From: an uncultured Phycisphaerales bacterium
Lineage (GTDB): Bacteria > Planctomycetota > Phycisphaerae > Tepidisphaerales > Tepidisphaeraceae
Assembly (NCBI GenBank): GCA_963758525.1
Contig: CAVWVQ010000002.1
Location: 352,001 to 416,000, forward strand
Reading direction: 5' to 3'
Length of the DNA stretch: 64,000 bases
Shown here: positions 43,439-55,559 of the stretch, one piece after another
Position numbering within the stretch: the stretch's first letter is position 1
Layout of the letters: every line of letters starts with the position of its first letter
Made by a program: the position numbers and the translations under genes
The notes under the pieces: model-generated
Databases searched by the model: none
Told to the model about the DNA's origin: nothing
What the model saw: the letters and a program-made list of their open reading frames with translations, nothing else

Positions 43439-45341
43439 TCAGCAGTGCGCGTCCAGATCAATCTGGGCTGCCGTGGCATCGGCGGTGTAACCCGTTCCCG
43501 TCGAGACCGTCGCCTGCACGAACGACGTCGAGTTCGGGCTCCCATTGGCCGGGACGACCGCGACGATCGCATCCTGCTGCCCGGCTTCAAATGTGATGTC
43601 GGTCGGCAGATCATCGACGTAATCCGCGGTGCCGACCGCGGTGCTTCCGGCATAACTGACGGCCACGGTGAGCGCGGCGCTGAGGTCGCCGTTGCGGTGG
43701 AAGGTGAAGTATCCGTTCTGGCCGTTGCCATCCGCACCGCTGAAGCTTGCGGCTGGCTGGACAGCAGCCACGCTCACCGTCGGCAGCGCGAGGGCGGTGA
43801 CGGTTGCAACCGACGAGGGGCTGCTGTCGCCCGCATCCCCCACAGCAGTGATTCTGTAGTCATAGGCGGTTCCGGGGGTGACGGTCGTGTCGTTGAACTG
43901 CGTGACGTCCGCGTCAATCGTGCCGACGTTGCTCCAATCGGCTGCGCCGGCCGGCGAGCGTTGGACGACGAAGCTGGTTTCATTCGCCGAGCTGTTGTCC
44001 CAAAGGACATGTACGCCATCGGCTCGTGGCGTCGCGGAGACATTGGCGGGCGTGCCGGGCGCGCCGCCCGAGAGCGTGGCGGCCGCGGAGAATTTCGATT
44101 CCTCCAAATATCCTCCGTCCTCGTCTGGCGCTGTGGTCATCGCGGTGACCACATAGGTCGCCCCGGCCTGGCCGTAGAGTTCGGCGCTGGTCGTGGAAGA
44201 ATCGACAAACGTCTCCGCGCTGCGGGTTCCGTCGGCGTCCGCCTCATAGACCATGAAGCCGACCATGTTCGGCGTGTCCAGATCGTAAGACCAGCTGACG
44301 TCTGCCGTATCGGTCCCGGAGCCTGGAACGACGGTGATACCTGTGGGCGCGGTGGGAAGCGTGCCGGGCGTTGTGACGGTGACGAGCGATGGTGCGGACA
44401 GGGCCAATGTAGACGGATCCATCGCCTGTGCCCAGATCGTGTACGTTGTGTTCGGGTTTACCGAGAGCACATCATTGCCGTAGCCCCACCACCAGTTGCT
44501 GTCCAGCCCAGGATATTCAGGACTGCTGAGGGTGAGAATAAGCAGGTCACCGTTGGAGTCCGAGACGGAAAATGAACTGGGCTGCAGGTCGCTGATCGTC
44601 AGCCCGGTGGGCGCGGCCGGCCCACCGGGGTCGCCGGTGAGGAACTCCCCACTACAGGTATTTGCCGTGGCGACGGCGGAGTCAATTGCGGTGCCGCCAT
44701 TATCCGCGCGGATCCGAAACGAATAATTCATATCGCTGGCAAGGCCCGTCACGGCGTAGGACTGATCGCTCGACGTCGTGGAATTCCCCAGATCGGCAAC
44801 TTCATGAAAATTCGAGTCGGCGGGACCCATCTCCTCCAGCTCCAGATGCGAGCCGTCGGAGGTGGAATAGGTCAGATCGATCTCCGACGTGGAAGCGGCA
44901 ACGGCGGCCAGCTCCGGTTCGACCGGCGCCGCCAACGGCGCCGCGGGAGTCGTGGCGCTGGCTGTTCCCGCCGATGAAGTGCCACCGCCTGCGACGGCAA
45001 AGACCTCATAGCTGTATGACGTCGAAGCCGTCAAGGCGGAGTCGGAGAAGCTGGTCGTTCCCGGCGCGGTGGTTCCCAGATCCGTCCAACTGCCGCCGGT
45101 GGACCGCTTGACGTCAAAGCTGGTTTCGTCGGAGGCGTTGTTCTGCCATACGAGCTGGACCTGGGTGCTGGTGAGCGCCACTGCCGCGACATTGGTCGGG
45201 GCGGCGGTGTAGAGCAGGCGGCTCTCTAGCGACTCCATCACTGCATCCACGGCCGGGCGAAGAGCCGCGGAACATGGATCCAACCGGCGTGCCGCTTTGA
45301 AAGAACGATGCGCGGAATCCGCGCAGCGAGAGATTCAGCAT
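43439..45341 (-). CDS. Fibronectin type III repeat surface protein with Calx-beta-like end, frameshift near 45270
   Basis: AGGAG RBS before ATG 45341; ESLESRLLYT; WQNNASDETSF and WDNSSANETSF FN3 repeats; AGSTAVGTADY...ITFEAGQ. Confidence 0.8.
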
Positions 45342-45679
45342 AAAGCTCCTCAAGTTGTAGAACCCCATCGAACTGATCAAGTCAAACATCCCGGCCCACA
45401 CCGGAATGCAAGCGAACGGCGGGGACCGCCGCCGCCCCAGCGGGGTCGGGCGGCCTGTCCCCATTGTTTTTGTCCGCTCTGCGCCGGCAACATAAAGCGG
45501 CCCTGACCGATTACAAGCGGGAAATCCAGTTGCGGCGGACTTTTAGCCAGTATCTGCTACATTCGCTATAAATACTGGTATGCCCTACGCCGGCGTGCGG
45601 GAACAGCGTTCGAGGCGTGGAGAGGAAACCTTACAGTCCGGGGAGTGATTCTCGGATTTTGGAACTGGGATTGAAGACG

Positions 45680-46965
45680 TTATGCAGCGACGCTGGAACT
45701 GGCGGCGGCGGTGTCCTTCTCCAGGAATTGTGCGCCGAAGAGCCAGAAAAGACCGCCGACGACCATCATCAAGCTGACGAAGAGGAACGCGGTGTTCATC
45801 GAATAGTGATCCGAGAGCCAGCCGATGACCGGTGGGGAAACCGCATCGCCCAGGGCATGAATGATGAAGATGTTGAGGGCAAAGGCAGTGGCGCGAACGG
45901 AAGGATGCGTGACGTTGGCAAGGATGGTGTTGCTCGGGCCGGTATTGAAAAAGAGACAGAACACCGCCAGAAACATCAGGATCCAGGCCGCGGGAAACGG
46001 GACGTAGAGAAGCAGCACGAAGAAGGGAAATCCGCAGAGCAGACCAGCCGCGGAGACCAGAAAGTACGAACCCGTGAAACGAGAGCGAAGCGCATCGCCG
46101 GCGATTCCACCCAGCAGCGTGGCAAGCAGCCCGGCGACAACCGTGATCGCCCCGAAGATGGTGTTGACGCGCGCCAGGTTCGAGTAGTGGCGATACTCGA
46201 CAATATACTTGGGCATCCAGAAGCCGATGCCCCCGATCGCGAAGGTCATGGCGGTCATGCCGATCGTGTCAAAGAGATAGGAGCGGTTGGCGAGAATCGC
46301 CGCGTAATCCTGCCAGACGTTTCGTCGCGGACCAACGGCCAGTGGACGCAACCTTTTGCCACGCGGATCTTTCATGAAAAGCGACCAGATTCCCAACGCC
46401 ATGCCAGGAATGACCACCGCATAAAACGCGGCGCGCCAGCCGTAGGTCCCGCCGATTTTTCCGCCGAGCACATAGCCCAAAGCGCTTCCCACGGGGATCG
46501 CCAGATAAAAACCGGCCAGCACCTTGCCGCGGACCGCGACCGGGTAGAGATCGGACAGAATTGTCGGCGCGACCGGCCCGTATGCGGCTTCGCCGACGCC
46601 GACGAAGCAGCGTGTGATGAGCAATGCGACAAACGTCCGCGCCAGGCCCGAGCCGCCGCTGGCGAGACTCCAGAGGATCACTCCAATCGCCACCAACAGC
46701 CAGCGCGACATGCGGTCGGCCAGGCGTCCGAAGATCGGGGAGATCAGCATGTACGAGAGAAGGAACGCGGTCGCCAGCGAACCCATCGCGGCTTCGGAGC
46801 GATGAAATGTCTGCTCGATCTGCGGCTCCACCGCCGAGAGGACCTGGCGATCGACGTAATTGAAGAGATTGATGCACAGGAGCAATGCCAACGCGGCGCC
46901 GGCGCGCGCGCGGGGCGATGCAACTGGTTCTGCGACGCGACATCACCGCCGTCGGGGCTCAACAT
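45680..46965 (-). CDS. MFS transporter (spinster-like), probable frameshift near 46900
   Basis: INLFNYVDRQ, GRLADRMSR, RCFVGVGEAAY, YGWRAAF, HALGDAVSP. Confidence 0.88.
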
Positions 46966-47060
46966 TCGACCGCATCTTGCCGGGAGCGCAACGGGAGTGC
47001 AAACTTGCGGCGACAAGGCAGCCAGGACCAGAAGCCAAAAGCCAGGAACGCGAGGCCATC

Positions 47061-48074
47061 ATGGAAAATCAACCGGTCACGCCGCAACGCATTATGGAGA
47101 TGGCCTGGGGATATGCGCCGCCGTTGATTCTCGAATCGGCAGTTCGCAACGGGCTGTTCGACGCGATGGAGAAAGGGCCGCGCACGCTGGCTGAGCTTTG
47201 CGAGGCGACGGGCGTCAGTGAGCGGGGAGCCAGGGCGGTGCTCAACGCGCTGGTTGGATTTGGCTTTGCCTCCAAAGCCCGCGGGAAATATGCGCTCACA
47301 CCAGAGAGTGCCGCTTTCCTCGTGCGCGGCAAGCCGGGCTATCTCGGCGGGTTTCTCACCCACATCAGCGAGCAGTTGATTCCGAATTGGCTGAAGCTTG
47401 CGGAGACGACCCGCAGCGGCAAGCCGCCGCAGCGAGTGGATGCTGAGAGGACCGGTGCGGAGTTTTTCAAGAGCTTCGTGAAGGACCTGTTCCCGATGAA
47501 CCATCCCGCCGCCGTGGCACTGGCCGACGCACTGGCCCCGGAACTGGGCGAGGAACCCGCGGAGATCCTTGACCTGGCCGCCGGGTCGGGCGTGGGGGGT
47601 CTGACGATTGCGCAGCGCTCTCCTGGAGTGCGCGTAACAGCGGTGGATTGGCCCATGGTGACGCCCGTCACCGAGGAAGTGGCCGCGGAGATGGGATTGG
47701 CAGATCGTCTTCGCGTCATCAAGGGCGATATCCTTGAAGCGGATTTCGGCAGCGGCTATCGAGTCGCGACGCTGGGACACATCCTGCACAGCGAAGGAAT
47801 CGACCGGTCGCACCGGCTGCTGAAGCGCGTGTTCGACGCGCTGGCCCCAGGAGGGACGATCGCGATTGCCGAATTTATTGTGAAGGACGATCGCACAGGC
47901 CCGCCGCAGGCGTTGATCTTCGCCGTCAACATGCTCGTGCACACCGAAGCGGGAGATACATTTTCCTTCGAGCAAATGAGCAACTGGCTGAACGAAACCG
48001 GATTTCACCAGGTTCGCGCGCTGGATACCGGCGGCCATTCGCCGCTGGTGCTGGCGACCAAGCCAAAGAGCTGA
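47061..48074 (+). CDS. O-methyltransferase (dimerisation domain + Methyltransf_2)
   Basis: SAVRNGLFD, YALTPES, ILDLAAGSG, VDWP, GHILH, ALAPGG.IAIAE. Confidence 0.88.
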   Translation: MENQPVTPQRIMEMAWGYAPPLILESAVRNGLFDAMEKGPRTLAELCEATGVSERGARAVLNALVGFGFASKARGKYALTPESAAFLVRGKPGYLGGFLTHISEQLIPNWLKLAETTRSGKPPQRVDAERTGAEFFKSFVKDLFPMNHPAAVALADALAPELGEEPAEILDLAAGSGVGGLTIAQRSPGVRVTAVDWPMVTPVTEEVAAEMGLADRLRVIKGDILEADFGSGYRVATLGHILHSEGIDRSHRLLKRVFDALAPGGTIAIAEFIVKDDRTGPPQALIFAVNMLVHTEAGDTFSFEQMSNWLNETGFHQVRALDTGGHSPLVLATKPKS

Positions 48075-48152
48075 AAGTCGAGGCCCTGTTTAGAGCCAGT
48101 GCTCGCGCGCGAAGAACATGATCAATTTCGAAGCCGCAAGCAACGCAATCAT

Positions 48153-48206
48153 GTAGCACGGCCGTCCCGGCTGTGGCCGAAATCAGAGCCGGGACGGCCA
48201 TGCTAC
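48153..48206. repeat. REP doublet (GTAG type), same family as 354-408
   Basis: GTAGCACGGCCGTCCCGGCTGTG...AGAGCCGGGACGGCCATGCTAC. Confidence 0.8.
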
Positions 48207-48353
48207 GAGGGAGTCGCCCTGTCCTGTCCGCGAAAATGCTTCAGCGCGATGGGTGGTGTAGTGGCTAATCGAAAGTGGAATCCAGAAGTGACAAGGACTT
48301 TACCAGAGCCGATACCAAACATGGCCTAAGCCCTCCACCGCCGCCTCGGCTGG

Positions 48354-49532
48354 TCATCCATTCGGCGGCGCAGGCGCGACGGGTGGCGGAGCAATGCCGG
48401 CCAGGTGCTGGAGTTCGGATGTGGCCAGCGCGATTTCCTTGGGGCCGTGCAGGCGGGTCAGGGAACGTGTGAGGTATTCCCGGGCGCGGCCATAGCGATC
48501 CAGGTAGCGCGCATAGATGAGCCCGAGCATCAGCTCGATCTGTTCAATCTGCTCGTACTTGGGATACGTGGCAAGGAACAGTTCGTAAGCATCGGCGGCT
48601 TCGCGATACAACCGAGCGTTGGCCAGATGATTGGCAATGTCGAGTTGAGCCTGGCGGGCGAGGACCTGTCCGGGGGCGATCTGTTGAAGATCGAGATACA
48701 GCCGCGCGGCGGTGTCGAGATCGTGACGTGCCAGCGCCTCGGAGATATGCGACCGCAATTGGCTGATCTGGATGGTCTTCGGATCGGGTGGCTCCGGACG
48801 CTGCACGGCGGGTGCGGGAGTGTAGTTGAACGGGTTGTAGCCGGAGGTGACCAGATCGCGGTACTGGCGGCGTTTGTTCCATCGCTGGGTGATGGCAAGG
48901 AAATCAAACTGATCGCGTGGCAGCAGGCGAATCCACAGCAAAAGGAAGCAGGTGCCAAAGCCGAAGAGCGTTCCACCGATGTGGGCGACGTGGGCGACGT
49001 TGTCCGACTTGGTAAAGTTGGACCAGACGTCAAACGCGAAGAACATCAGGATGAACCAGAGTCCGGAGATCTCATACTGCCCGATGATGTACAGGAACAA
49101 GAGCACCGTGATGTGGGAGCGCGGAAAGAGAACCAGGAAGGCGCCGGTGACCGAGGCGATCGCGCCGCTGGCGCCGATGACGGGCAGCACCTGGTCGGGA
49201 ACCAGCACGTAGAGTATCCCCGCGAAGACTCCGCCCGCCAGGTAATACGCGAGGTAGCCGGCGTTTCCCATCTTGTCGTTGACGTTGTTTCCAAAAATGT
49301 AGAGGAAGAGCATGTTGCCGCCGATGTGCATCCAGTCGGCGTGGAGAAAAGCGTAGCTGATGAACTGATAGACCTGCGGATTGCGCGGTGAAAGCACCAG
49401 GTCGTATCGGCCGACGACCGATGGGTTGATGTAGTGGGTGTAAATGAAGACCAGCACATTGGCCGCAATCAACGCCCAATTGGTGTACGGCGAATGCCGC
49501 AGCGGCCTGTCAGTGCGAAGCGGAATGATCAT
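48354..49532 (-). CDS. Rhomboid intramembrane serine protease with C-terminal TPR-like region
   Basis: FLHADWMHIGGNM, IGASGA, VAHVAHIGG; helical C-terminus. Confidence 0.9.
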   Translation of the reverse strand: MIIPLRTDRPLRHSPYTNWALIAANVLVFIYTHYINPSVVGRYDLVLSPRNPQVYQFISYAFLHADWMHIGGNMLFLYIFGNNVNDKMGNAGYLAYYLAGGVFAGILYVLVPDQVLPVIGASGAIASVTGAFLVLFPRSHITVLLFLYIIGQYEISGLWFILMFFAFDVWSNFTKSDNVAHVAHIGGTLFGFGTCFLLLWIRLLPRDQFDFLAITQRWNKRRQYRDLVTSGYNPFNYTPAPAVQRPEPPDPKTIQISQLRSHISEALARHDLDTAARLYLDLQQIAPGQVLARQAQLDIANHLANARLYREAADAYELFLATYPKYEQIEQIELMLGLIYARYLDRYGRAREYLTRSLTRLHGPKEIALATSELQHLAGIAPPPVAPAPPNG

Positions 49533-49686
49533 GACGACGACGGATGTTCAGCGGAATGAAGCGGCGCGACGCGGTTGTCAATAAATCCAGAGCGCTGAGC
49601 GAGTGTTCCATGGGCAGCGTTCCCTTTCGCGCCAGCACGCGCGTTTTGCGCTCCTGTCGCGCGAGCAGCTGCCGATGCGCGCTCAC

Positions 49687-50157
49687 TCAATGATGTTCCT
49701 TGATCATACGCAGCCGGCGGCCCCCGCGATCCCACCAGACCCGGCTCATATACGACTCGATCAACAGGATGCCGCGGCCGCTGCACTTTTCGAGGTTTTC
49801 GTCGGCGGTCGGATCGGGAACGCCGCCGCGGTCGAAGCCGGGGCCTTCGTCCTCGATCAAAAATTCGACTTTTTTCGCGGTGATACGCGCCTCAATGCGC
49901 ACCCGCTTGGCGGGGTCGAGCCGATTGCCGTGACGAATTGCGTTGACCAGCGCCTCCTCCAGCGCGAGCTTGATCCCAAAGAACTCGCGACCTGTGAAGC
50001 CGGCTTTTTCCACCCGCTCCAGAATCTGCTCCTGTGCGGCAAGCTGGGCATCATGGCTGGAGTGAATGGTGAAAACTAATTTTGCGGGAGCGTGTTTTCC
50101 GTTGGTGTTCCTGCCGGCGCGACGGCCCTCTTCACGATTCGAACCAGTCACCGCCAT
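49687..50157 (-). CDS. Anti-sigma factor Ser kinase (RsbW/SpoIIAB-like)
   Basis: LALEEALVNAIRHGN, IEDEGPGFD, SGRGILLI. Confidence 0.9.
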   Translation of the reverse strand: MAVTGSNREEGRRAGRNTNGKHAPAKLVFTIHSSHDAQLAAQEQILERVEKAGFTGREFFGIKLALEEALVNAIRHGNRLDPAKRVRIEARITAKKVEFLIEDEGPGFDRGGVPDPTADENLEKCSGRGILLIESYMSRVWWDRGGRRLRMIKEHH

Positions 50158-50185
50158 CTGGGAGACCTTTCCGGTGGTCAAGTTC

Positions 50186-50548
50186 TCACTGGGCAAAGCT
50201 GGCCAGGGCTTCCGCACGCCCCGGCATGATGCGGAACAGGCGATTCAGCTTCGTGATCTCGAAGACCTCCATGATCTGCGGCTTGATGTTCGCCAGCCGA
50301 AGCTGACCATTTTTCTGCCGGATGCGATTGTTGGCATTGATCAACATTCCCAAAGCGGCGCTGCTGAGATGATCGACCGTGCGAAAATCCAACAGCAGCT
50401 TGGGATTGCTGCGCTCGTCAATCAAGACGTTCAGCGCACGACCGATGTCGGTAATGTTGCCCTCGTCTAGAATGCGGCTGTTGGTAAATTCGACCACCCG
50501 GATGTCCTTCTCCTGGGTGATTTCAACAGGCGGTGTGCTGTCGGCCAT
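50186..50548 (-). CDS. STAS anti-anti-sigma factor (RsbV/SpoIIAA-like)
   Basis: LLLDFRTVDHLSSAALGMLI, GQLRLANI, EVFEITKL. Confidence 0.9.
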   Translation of the reverse strand: MADSTPPVEITQEKDIRVVEFTNSRILDEGNITDIGRALNVLIDERSNPKLLLDFRTVDHLSSAALGMLINANNRIRQKNGQLRLANIKPQIMEVFEITKLNRLFRIMPGRAEALASFAQ

Positions 50549-50651
50549 GCCAATGTCCTCGATTTCCCCTTCCGGAGATAAAAAGCTGTTCATGGTAAAC
50601 GGTAAGATCGGCTAAAAAGAGTGTCAAGTTTTGGGAAAGGGCATTGGGGAA

Positions 50652-50795
50652 GGCACGGAGGCACGAAGGCACCAAGGCACGAAGGGAAAACCAAGGGCGT
50701 ATGCGACGCGTTTTGAGCTGCTTATCGCTTCAGATTAAACCCCGAACCCTGACACACTGAACCCTGAACCCTGAACCCTGACACCCCGAACCCTC
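50652..50795. repeat. Octamer array (GGCACG(G/A)A, 50652-50687) and heptamer array (CCCTGAA-like, 50739-50795)
   Basis: Read directly from the sequence. Confidence 0.75.
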
Positions 50796-52390
50796 AACTC
50801 CGCCAAACGCTTATGGCAGCGAGCAGACAGAACAACGCCGCGAGCGCGACGGGGCCGGCCATGCTCTGCCCAGCGTGGTCGCGAGCGGCGGCGATCAGGC
50901 GCTGGCGCCAGTCTGCCGTTGAGGGCTGCGACGGCGGACCTTGCTCGGCCAGGGCGTTGAAGGCGCGCTCCACGCCGTCGCTGCGACGATAGATTCCGGG
51001 TTGACCCGCCTTGCCCGTGAGCGGCGACCATTCTACAGATCGCTCCTCCAATGGCGACGAAGAAAACTCCCGGCCGGCCTGTCCGATCCAGTCGAACACG
51101 TGGGTCCAGAAGATGACAAATTGTGATTCCCCTGACCACTGATCCGTCGCGAAGCCGACCCAGACTTTGCGAACGGGATCCGACTGCGCGGCCAGGATCG
51201 TTTTCCCGCCGCTCCGCACCAGCGGTTCCCACCCATCCGGCGGCTCAATGGTCGCCGGCGTCAGCGGCAGCGCCCCCAATTGATCCCCCGTGTGATCGGC
51301 TGATCGCTCACATCCAGCGCCAGGCCGTTGGTCGGAGCCTGGGCGAGGCTCGAGGCAATGACGATGCCGCGTTGATTGTCGGCAAGATCGGAGCTTTTGG
51401 CGACAAGCTCTATCGTCGGCGAGCCGGGCACCGGCGGACGTCGCCGGGCGTAGACGCCGACCATCCTTTCGACCGACGGATCCAGCGGGATTCGCGGTTC
51501 GATCGCAGGCCAGCGCGCGGACCGCGCGAGCCAGGCGCGGTCAGCGGCCGTGGGATCGTCACTGGACATAATCGCGGCTTCGATTGTTTCCCCCAATTCG
51601 CGCGGCGAAAAAAAATAATCGCGAGCCGCGCCGCGCGGCGCGAGCTGGACCGTCTGGCGGAGACGCTGATCTCCGCTGATCACCTCCAGAGCAGTTGTCG
51701 TGTGACTCGATTCGTTGAGAAGGCGCACCATCACGCCCGGAACCGGCGTTTCACGGGCGGCAAGTTCGGAGATTCCGATGGCGTCGCTGCCAGCGTCGGG
51801 GGCGATCCGAACGACGCGCGAGTCGTTCGTCGCGATCGGCTGATCGCTGACGACAAAGACTGAGCCGTCGCTGGATCGCAGCGCCTGAGCCACCATCTGA
51901 TTGAGCGACGCGCTCGTGTTAAGCGCTGACGTTGGCAGCGAGCTGATCGCCTGCGTCATCCCAGCCGCGTCCGTCAGTTTCTCGTTTCCGCCAGGCAGAA
52001 CGTGCAGCCGAATCGACACACGAGGGGCGCGCTTGGCCACTTCCTCGGCAAGCAGAGCCGCTGCAACACGGACGCGCGGCAAGCCGTGTGATGGCGCGGA
52101 CATCGTTCCGCCGCAGTCAAGCACGACCTCAAGAGGCGCACCTTCGCCCCCCCTGCCCCAAACGGCGGGTCGTGCCGATGCGAGAATTGACAGGAGCATC
52201 GCGACGATGACCAGCAGCACCGGCAACGGCGGCTTCCGGACGCCGGGCCGCTTCGGCCGCGCCTCGATCGCCGTCCGCCAAAGTTCAAGATATGGAACCT
52301 GCGCCGCGCGAAGCGTCCCCAGAGAACCCAGAGGGCAACCCCACCCCACGGGATCAATCCAACCAGCCACAACGGTGATGCGAACCACAT
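50794..52390 (-). CDS. BatA-type N-terminal domain / vWA-like membrane protein, frameshifts near 52300 and 51275
   Basis: MWFASPLWLVGLIP..., VPYLELW, LASARP, VVLDCGGTM; C-terminal TM in ORF 50794-51279. Confidence 0.65.
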
Positions 52391-52556
52391 ACGTGCGCGA
52401 GGAATCGTATGGTATATCGCGGCGAGCGGATAGCCGAGGTGACCGGTGGAATGGGCGCAGCCCCTCGCATTCCCTCGATCTCTCCCGCCATTGGGTTTGC
52501 CGAGCGTTGCCTGGCCGATATGATCCTTTTCGATCCGCGTCTCCAGGAGCTGTTGC

Positions 52557-54051
52557 ATGATTCGTACCAAGATTGTCGCGACGATGGGGCCGGCCTGTTC
52601 GGACGTGGCGTCGCTCACGAAGCTTTTTGAAGCGGGCGTGGACGTCTGCCGGGTGAATTTTTCCCACGGCTCGCTCGACACGGCGCTGGCAACGCTCCGC
52701 AATATTCGCGAAGCGGCGACGGCGACGGGTTTGCCGGTCGCGGTGCTGGGAGACCTCTGCGGTCCGAAGATCCGGCTTGGCAAAGTCATTGATGCGAACG
52801 GCGCCGGCGGAATGCCCATCAAGGTCGGCGACACGCTCACGATCGTCCGTCTCCCGATCGTCGGCGTCGAAGGACGTGTCAGCAGCACCTATCCCGGCTT
52901 GATCGACGACGTGAAGATCGGCGATCGAGTGCTGATCGAAGACGGACTGATTCGTTTCGTCTGCACGGAAAAGACCGACGATCAAATCATCTGCAGCTGC
53001 ACCTCCGGCGGAATTCTCAAAAGCTCCAAGGGAATCAACCTTCCCAATAGCGCGGTGAATCTCCCGTCGATCACCGAGCGCGATTGGGAATGCGTCGACT
53101 GGGCCGTGGAAAACCACCTCGACTACCTGGCACTCTCCTTCGTCCGCAAGGCCCAGGACCTGATCGACCTGCGGCAATATCTGCACGACAAGGTCAGTGA
53201 CATTCACCTCATCGCCAAGATCGAAAAGGCGGAGGCGATCGTAGAGATCGACGCGATTATCGAAGCCAGCGACGGGCTGATGGTGGCGCGCGGAGATTTG
53301 GGCGTCGAGATGGACGTGGCGCGGGTACCGATCATCCAGAAGGACCTGATCCGCCGTTGCCAGGCGGCGGGAAAGCCGGTCATCGTGGCGACGCAGATGC
53401 TGCAGAGCATGATTGAAAATTCCTCGCCGACCCGCGCGGAGGTCAGCGACGTTGCCAACGCGATTATCGACGGCACCGACGCCGTCATGCTCAGCGGCGA
53501 GACATCAGTCGGGAAGTTCCCGATCGGCTCCGTGCTCACCATGGCGCATGTCGCTTCCGTGACGGAAGATTATCTCGCCGCGCGTTTCGACGAGGATTCA
53601 CCCTCGCCGCCTCACGTGCGGACGACGCTGCCTTCGGGGGCGATCGCGCGGGGCGCTGCAGATCGTCCGCGAACTGAGTCCGAAGCTGGTGGTGGTCTGG
53701 ACGATGACCGGCGCGACCGCCCGCGTCTTCTCGAAACATCGCTTCCCGGTTCCGCTCATCGGATTGTCCAGCGACCCGCGCGTGCTGCGCCGAATGGCAC
53801 TGCTGTATGGCGTGATCGCCCAGGAAATGCCGGCCTGCCTGGAGATGAACGATCTGATCCGCGGCATCGATGCGCTGGTGATCGAACGCAAATTCGCCGC
53901 GCCATCGGATCGGGTCGTCATTGTCGCCGGATGGTCGCCGGCGATGCCAGGAACCATGAACGGCATGATGATTCACACCGTCGGTCAGCCTTGGATTGCG
54001 ATGCCCAATGCGCAGGTGCTGCGACAGTTGACCAAGGCCGAGCGGGAGTAG
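52557..54051 (+). CDS. pyk: Pyruvate kinase, frameshift near 53655
   Basis: RTKIVATMGPA, RVNFSHG, DLCGPKIR, KGINLP, IAKIEK, MVARGDLG, ATQMLQSM, DAVMLSGE; C domain in ORF 53689-54051. Confidence 0.95.
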
Positions 54052-54071
54052 TCATCTTGTTGGAAGAAGAG

Positions 54072-54291
54072 AAATCACCCTCACCCCAATCCTCTCCCGG
54101 AATACCGGGAGAGGGGGTAACGAAAAGAGTTCCTGGCCGCGCCGCGCAGCGAACCGCTTTCAACAGCCTGCTTCACGCTTTGATCGAGTTTCGTCTGCAC
54201 AAGCTGCGCGGCCCGGCGCGGCTTAGACGTGGTTTCAGAACCCTTCCCCCTCTCCCGGTACTCCGGGAGAGGGCAGGGGTGAGGGTGATTT
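54072..54291. repeat. CCCTCACCC-type REP doublet
   Basis: AAATCACCCTCACCCCAATCCTCTCCCGGAATACCGGGAGAGGGGG ... CCCCTCTCCCGGTACTCCGGGAGAGGGCAGGGGTGAGGGTGATTT. Confidence 0.85.
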
Positions 54292-54341
54292 GGAGCTTCG
54301 AAAGCCGCTGGTTTCGGACGCCGATAGTATGCGACCGGGAT

Positions 54342-54995
54342 ATGAGGCATCTCGTGCTTCGAGTTGGTCATGCCTGCGCCTTGGTTGTTCTCTTCTTGCT
54401 GGCCGGCACGGGTTGCGAATCGACGAATGCCCCGCCGACGACCCGGCCGGCGACTGATGTGGACTATCATGAAGGCCAGTCCAATTTTTGGTATGCCAAG
54501 CCGGGCAGGGCAAACGCGACGTGCGGGAACTACGACGCGCTCTGGCAGAACAGCATGCGCGTAGCTCACGCGGATGGATTTTTCATCGATCGGGAGGAAT
54601 ATCGCGACGGCCTGCTGACGACCAAGCCGCTGATCTCCGCCCAGATTTTTGAGCCCTGGAGAAACGACGTCGGCGATCTCCGCGGCGCGGTTCAAAGCAC
54701 GATCGCCACCGTCCGCCGAACGATTCATTTCGACATCCGCAAACTGCCCGACGGCCGATACTCGGTGGTCCCCAAGGTGCTCATCGAGCGGCATTCCCTG
54801 GCCGAGCGGCGCATCACTTCCGTCACTGAGTACCTGGATGTCTTCGCCGTCGACCGCCCGTTGGATCAGCCGTACACCGAAGAGGGAGTGGCGCTGGTGC
54901 CGGATTACTGGTACGCCGTGGGCCGGGATTACGCGCTCGAAAAGAAACTGGTCCGGCAGTTGGAGAATTCGCTGGCGGGGCTTGCGTGCGATTGA
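54342..54995 (+). CDS. Hypothetical lipoprotein
   Basis: MRHLVLRV...LFLLAGTGC lipoprotein-like signal; typical codon usage. Confidence 0.75.
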   Translation: MRHLVLRVGHACALVVLFLLAGTGCESTNAPPTTRPATDVDYHEGQSNFWYAKPGRANATCGNYDALWQNSMRVAHADGFFIDREEYRDGLLTTKPLISAQIFEPWRNDVGDLRGAVQSTIATVRRTIHFDIRKLPDGRYSVVPKVLIERHSLAERRITSVTEYLDVFAVDRPLDQPYTEEGVALVPDYWYAVGRDYALEKKLVRQLENSLAGLACD

Positions 54996-55067
54996 ATGGC
55001 GAACGCTGAACCTGAAACCGATGATTGAGTTCGGTTTTGATCAACATCAATCAGTCTTGCAGTATTT

Positions 55068-55559
55068 ATGCCAACAACTGCTTCGCTACAAGATGTGACC
55101 GGGTTTCGCGGAGAGAAGATCGTCGAGCTTTGCTTGACAGACTACAGCGCGTTTGCAGGACCGCTATTTCGTCCGGGATTTCTGGGCGACAAGTGGCCGG
55201 CCGTTGACTTTTACGTGGAACTTAACGGGGTACCTGGGAAACGCCCATATTTTCTGGTCCAAAGCAAAGCAACAACCTCGAATCTGACCGCCCGCGCGGC
55301 GGGTCTGCGGATATCTTCAACGAGGACTGACATCGCAAGATTGCTCGAGATACCTGGTCCGACTTATATTCTCGGTGTGCATGAGCCGTCCCGCAGAGTA
55401 TTCGCGAAGTCCGTGCATAGTGGTATCGCCATGAGGGCTATCACCCGGATAGAATTGAATCATGAGCTGACCAGCGCGAATCTTCAACGGCTGTATGACG
55501 AGGTACGGGGTTACTGGCAATCGACTGAACACAAACCCACGACATCGGTGTTTGCATGA
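55068..55559 (+). CDS. DUF4365-like PD-(D/E)XK-fold protein
   Basis: RGE...DKWPAVDFYVEL...FLVQSKAT...PGPTYILGV; looks less GC-rich than its flanks. Confidence 0.6.
   Translation: MPTTASLQDVTGFRGEKIVELCLTDYSAFAGPLFRPGFLGDKWPAVDFYVELNGVPGKRPYFLVQSKATTSNLTARAAGLRISSTRTDIARLLEIPGPTYILGVHEPSRRVFAKSVHSGIAMRAITRIELNHELTSANLQRLYDEVRGYWQSTEHKPTTSVFA

Noticed and set aside
45380..45520. Riboswitch upstream of the FN3 gene
   Set aside because: GC-rich hairpins are present, but I could not match any known aptamer consensus.
48245..48330. tRNA-like start GGTGGTGTAGTGGCTAA
   Set aside because: No T-loop GTTCRA, acceptor-stem pairing or cloverleaf could be built.
52557..54995. 812-aa pyruvate kinase fusion in the ORF track
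   Set aside because: A frameshift near 53655 makes the ORF run through a REP doublet into a separate lipoprotein gene; the real pyk C-terminus is at 53689-54051.
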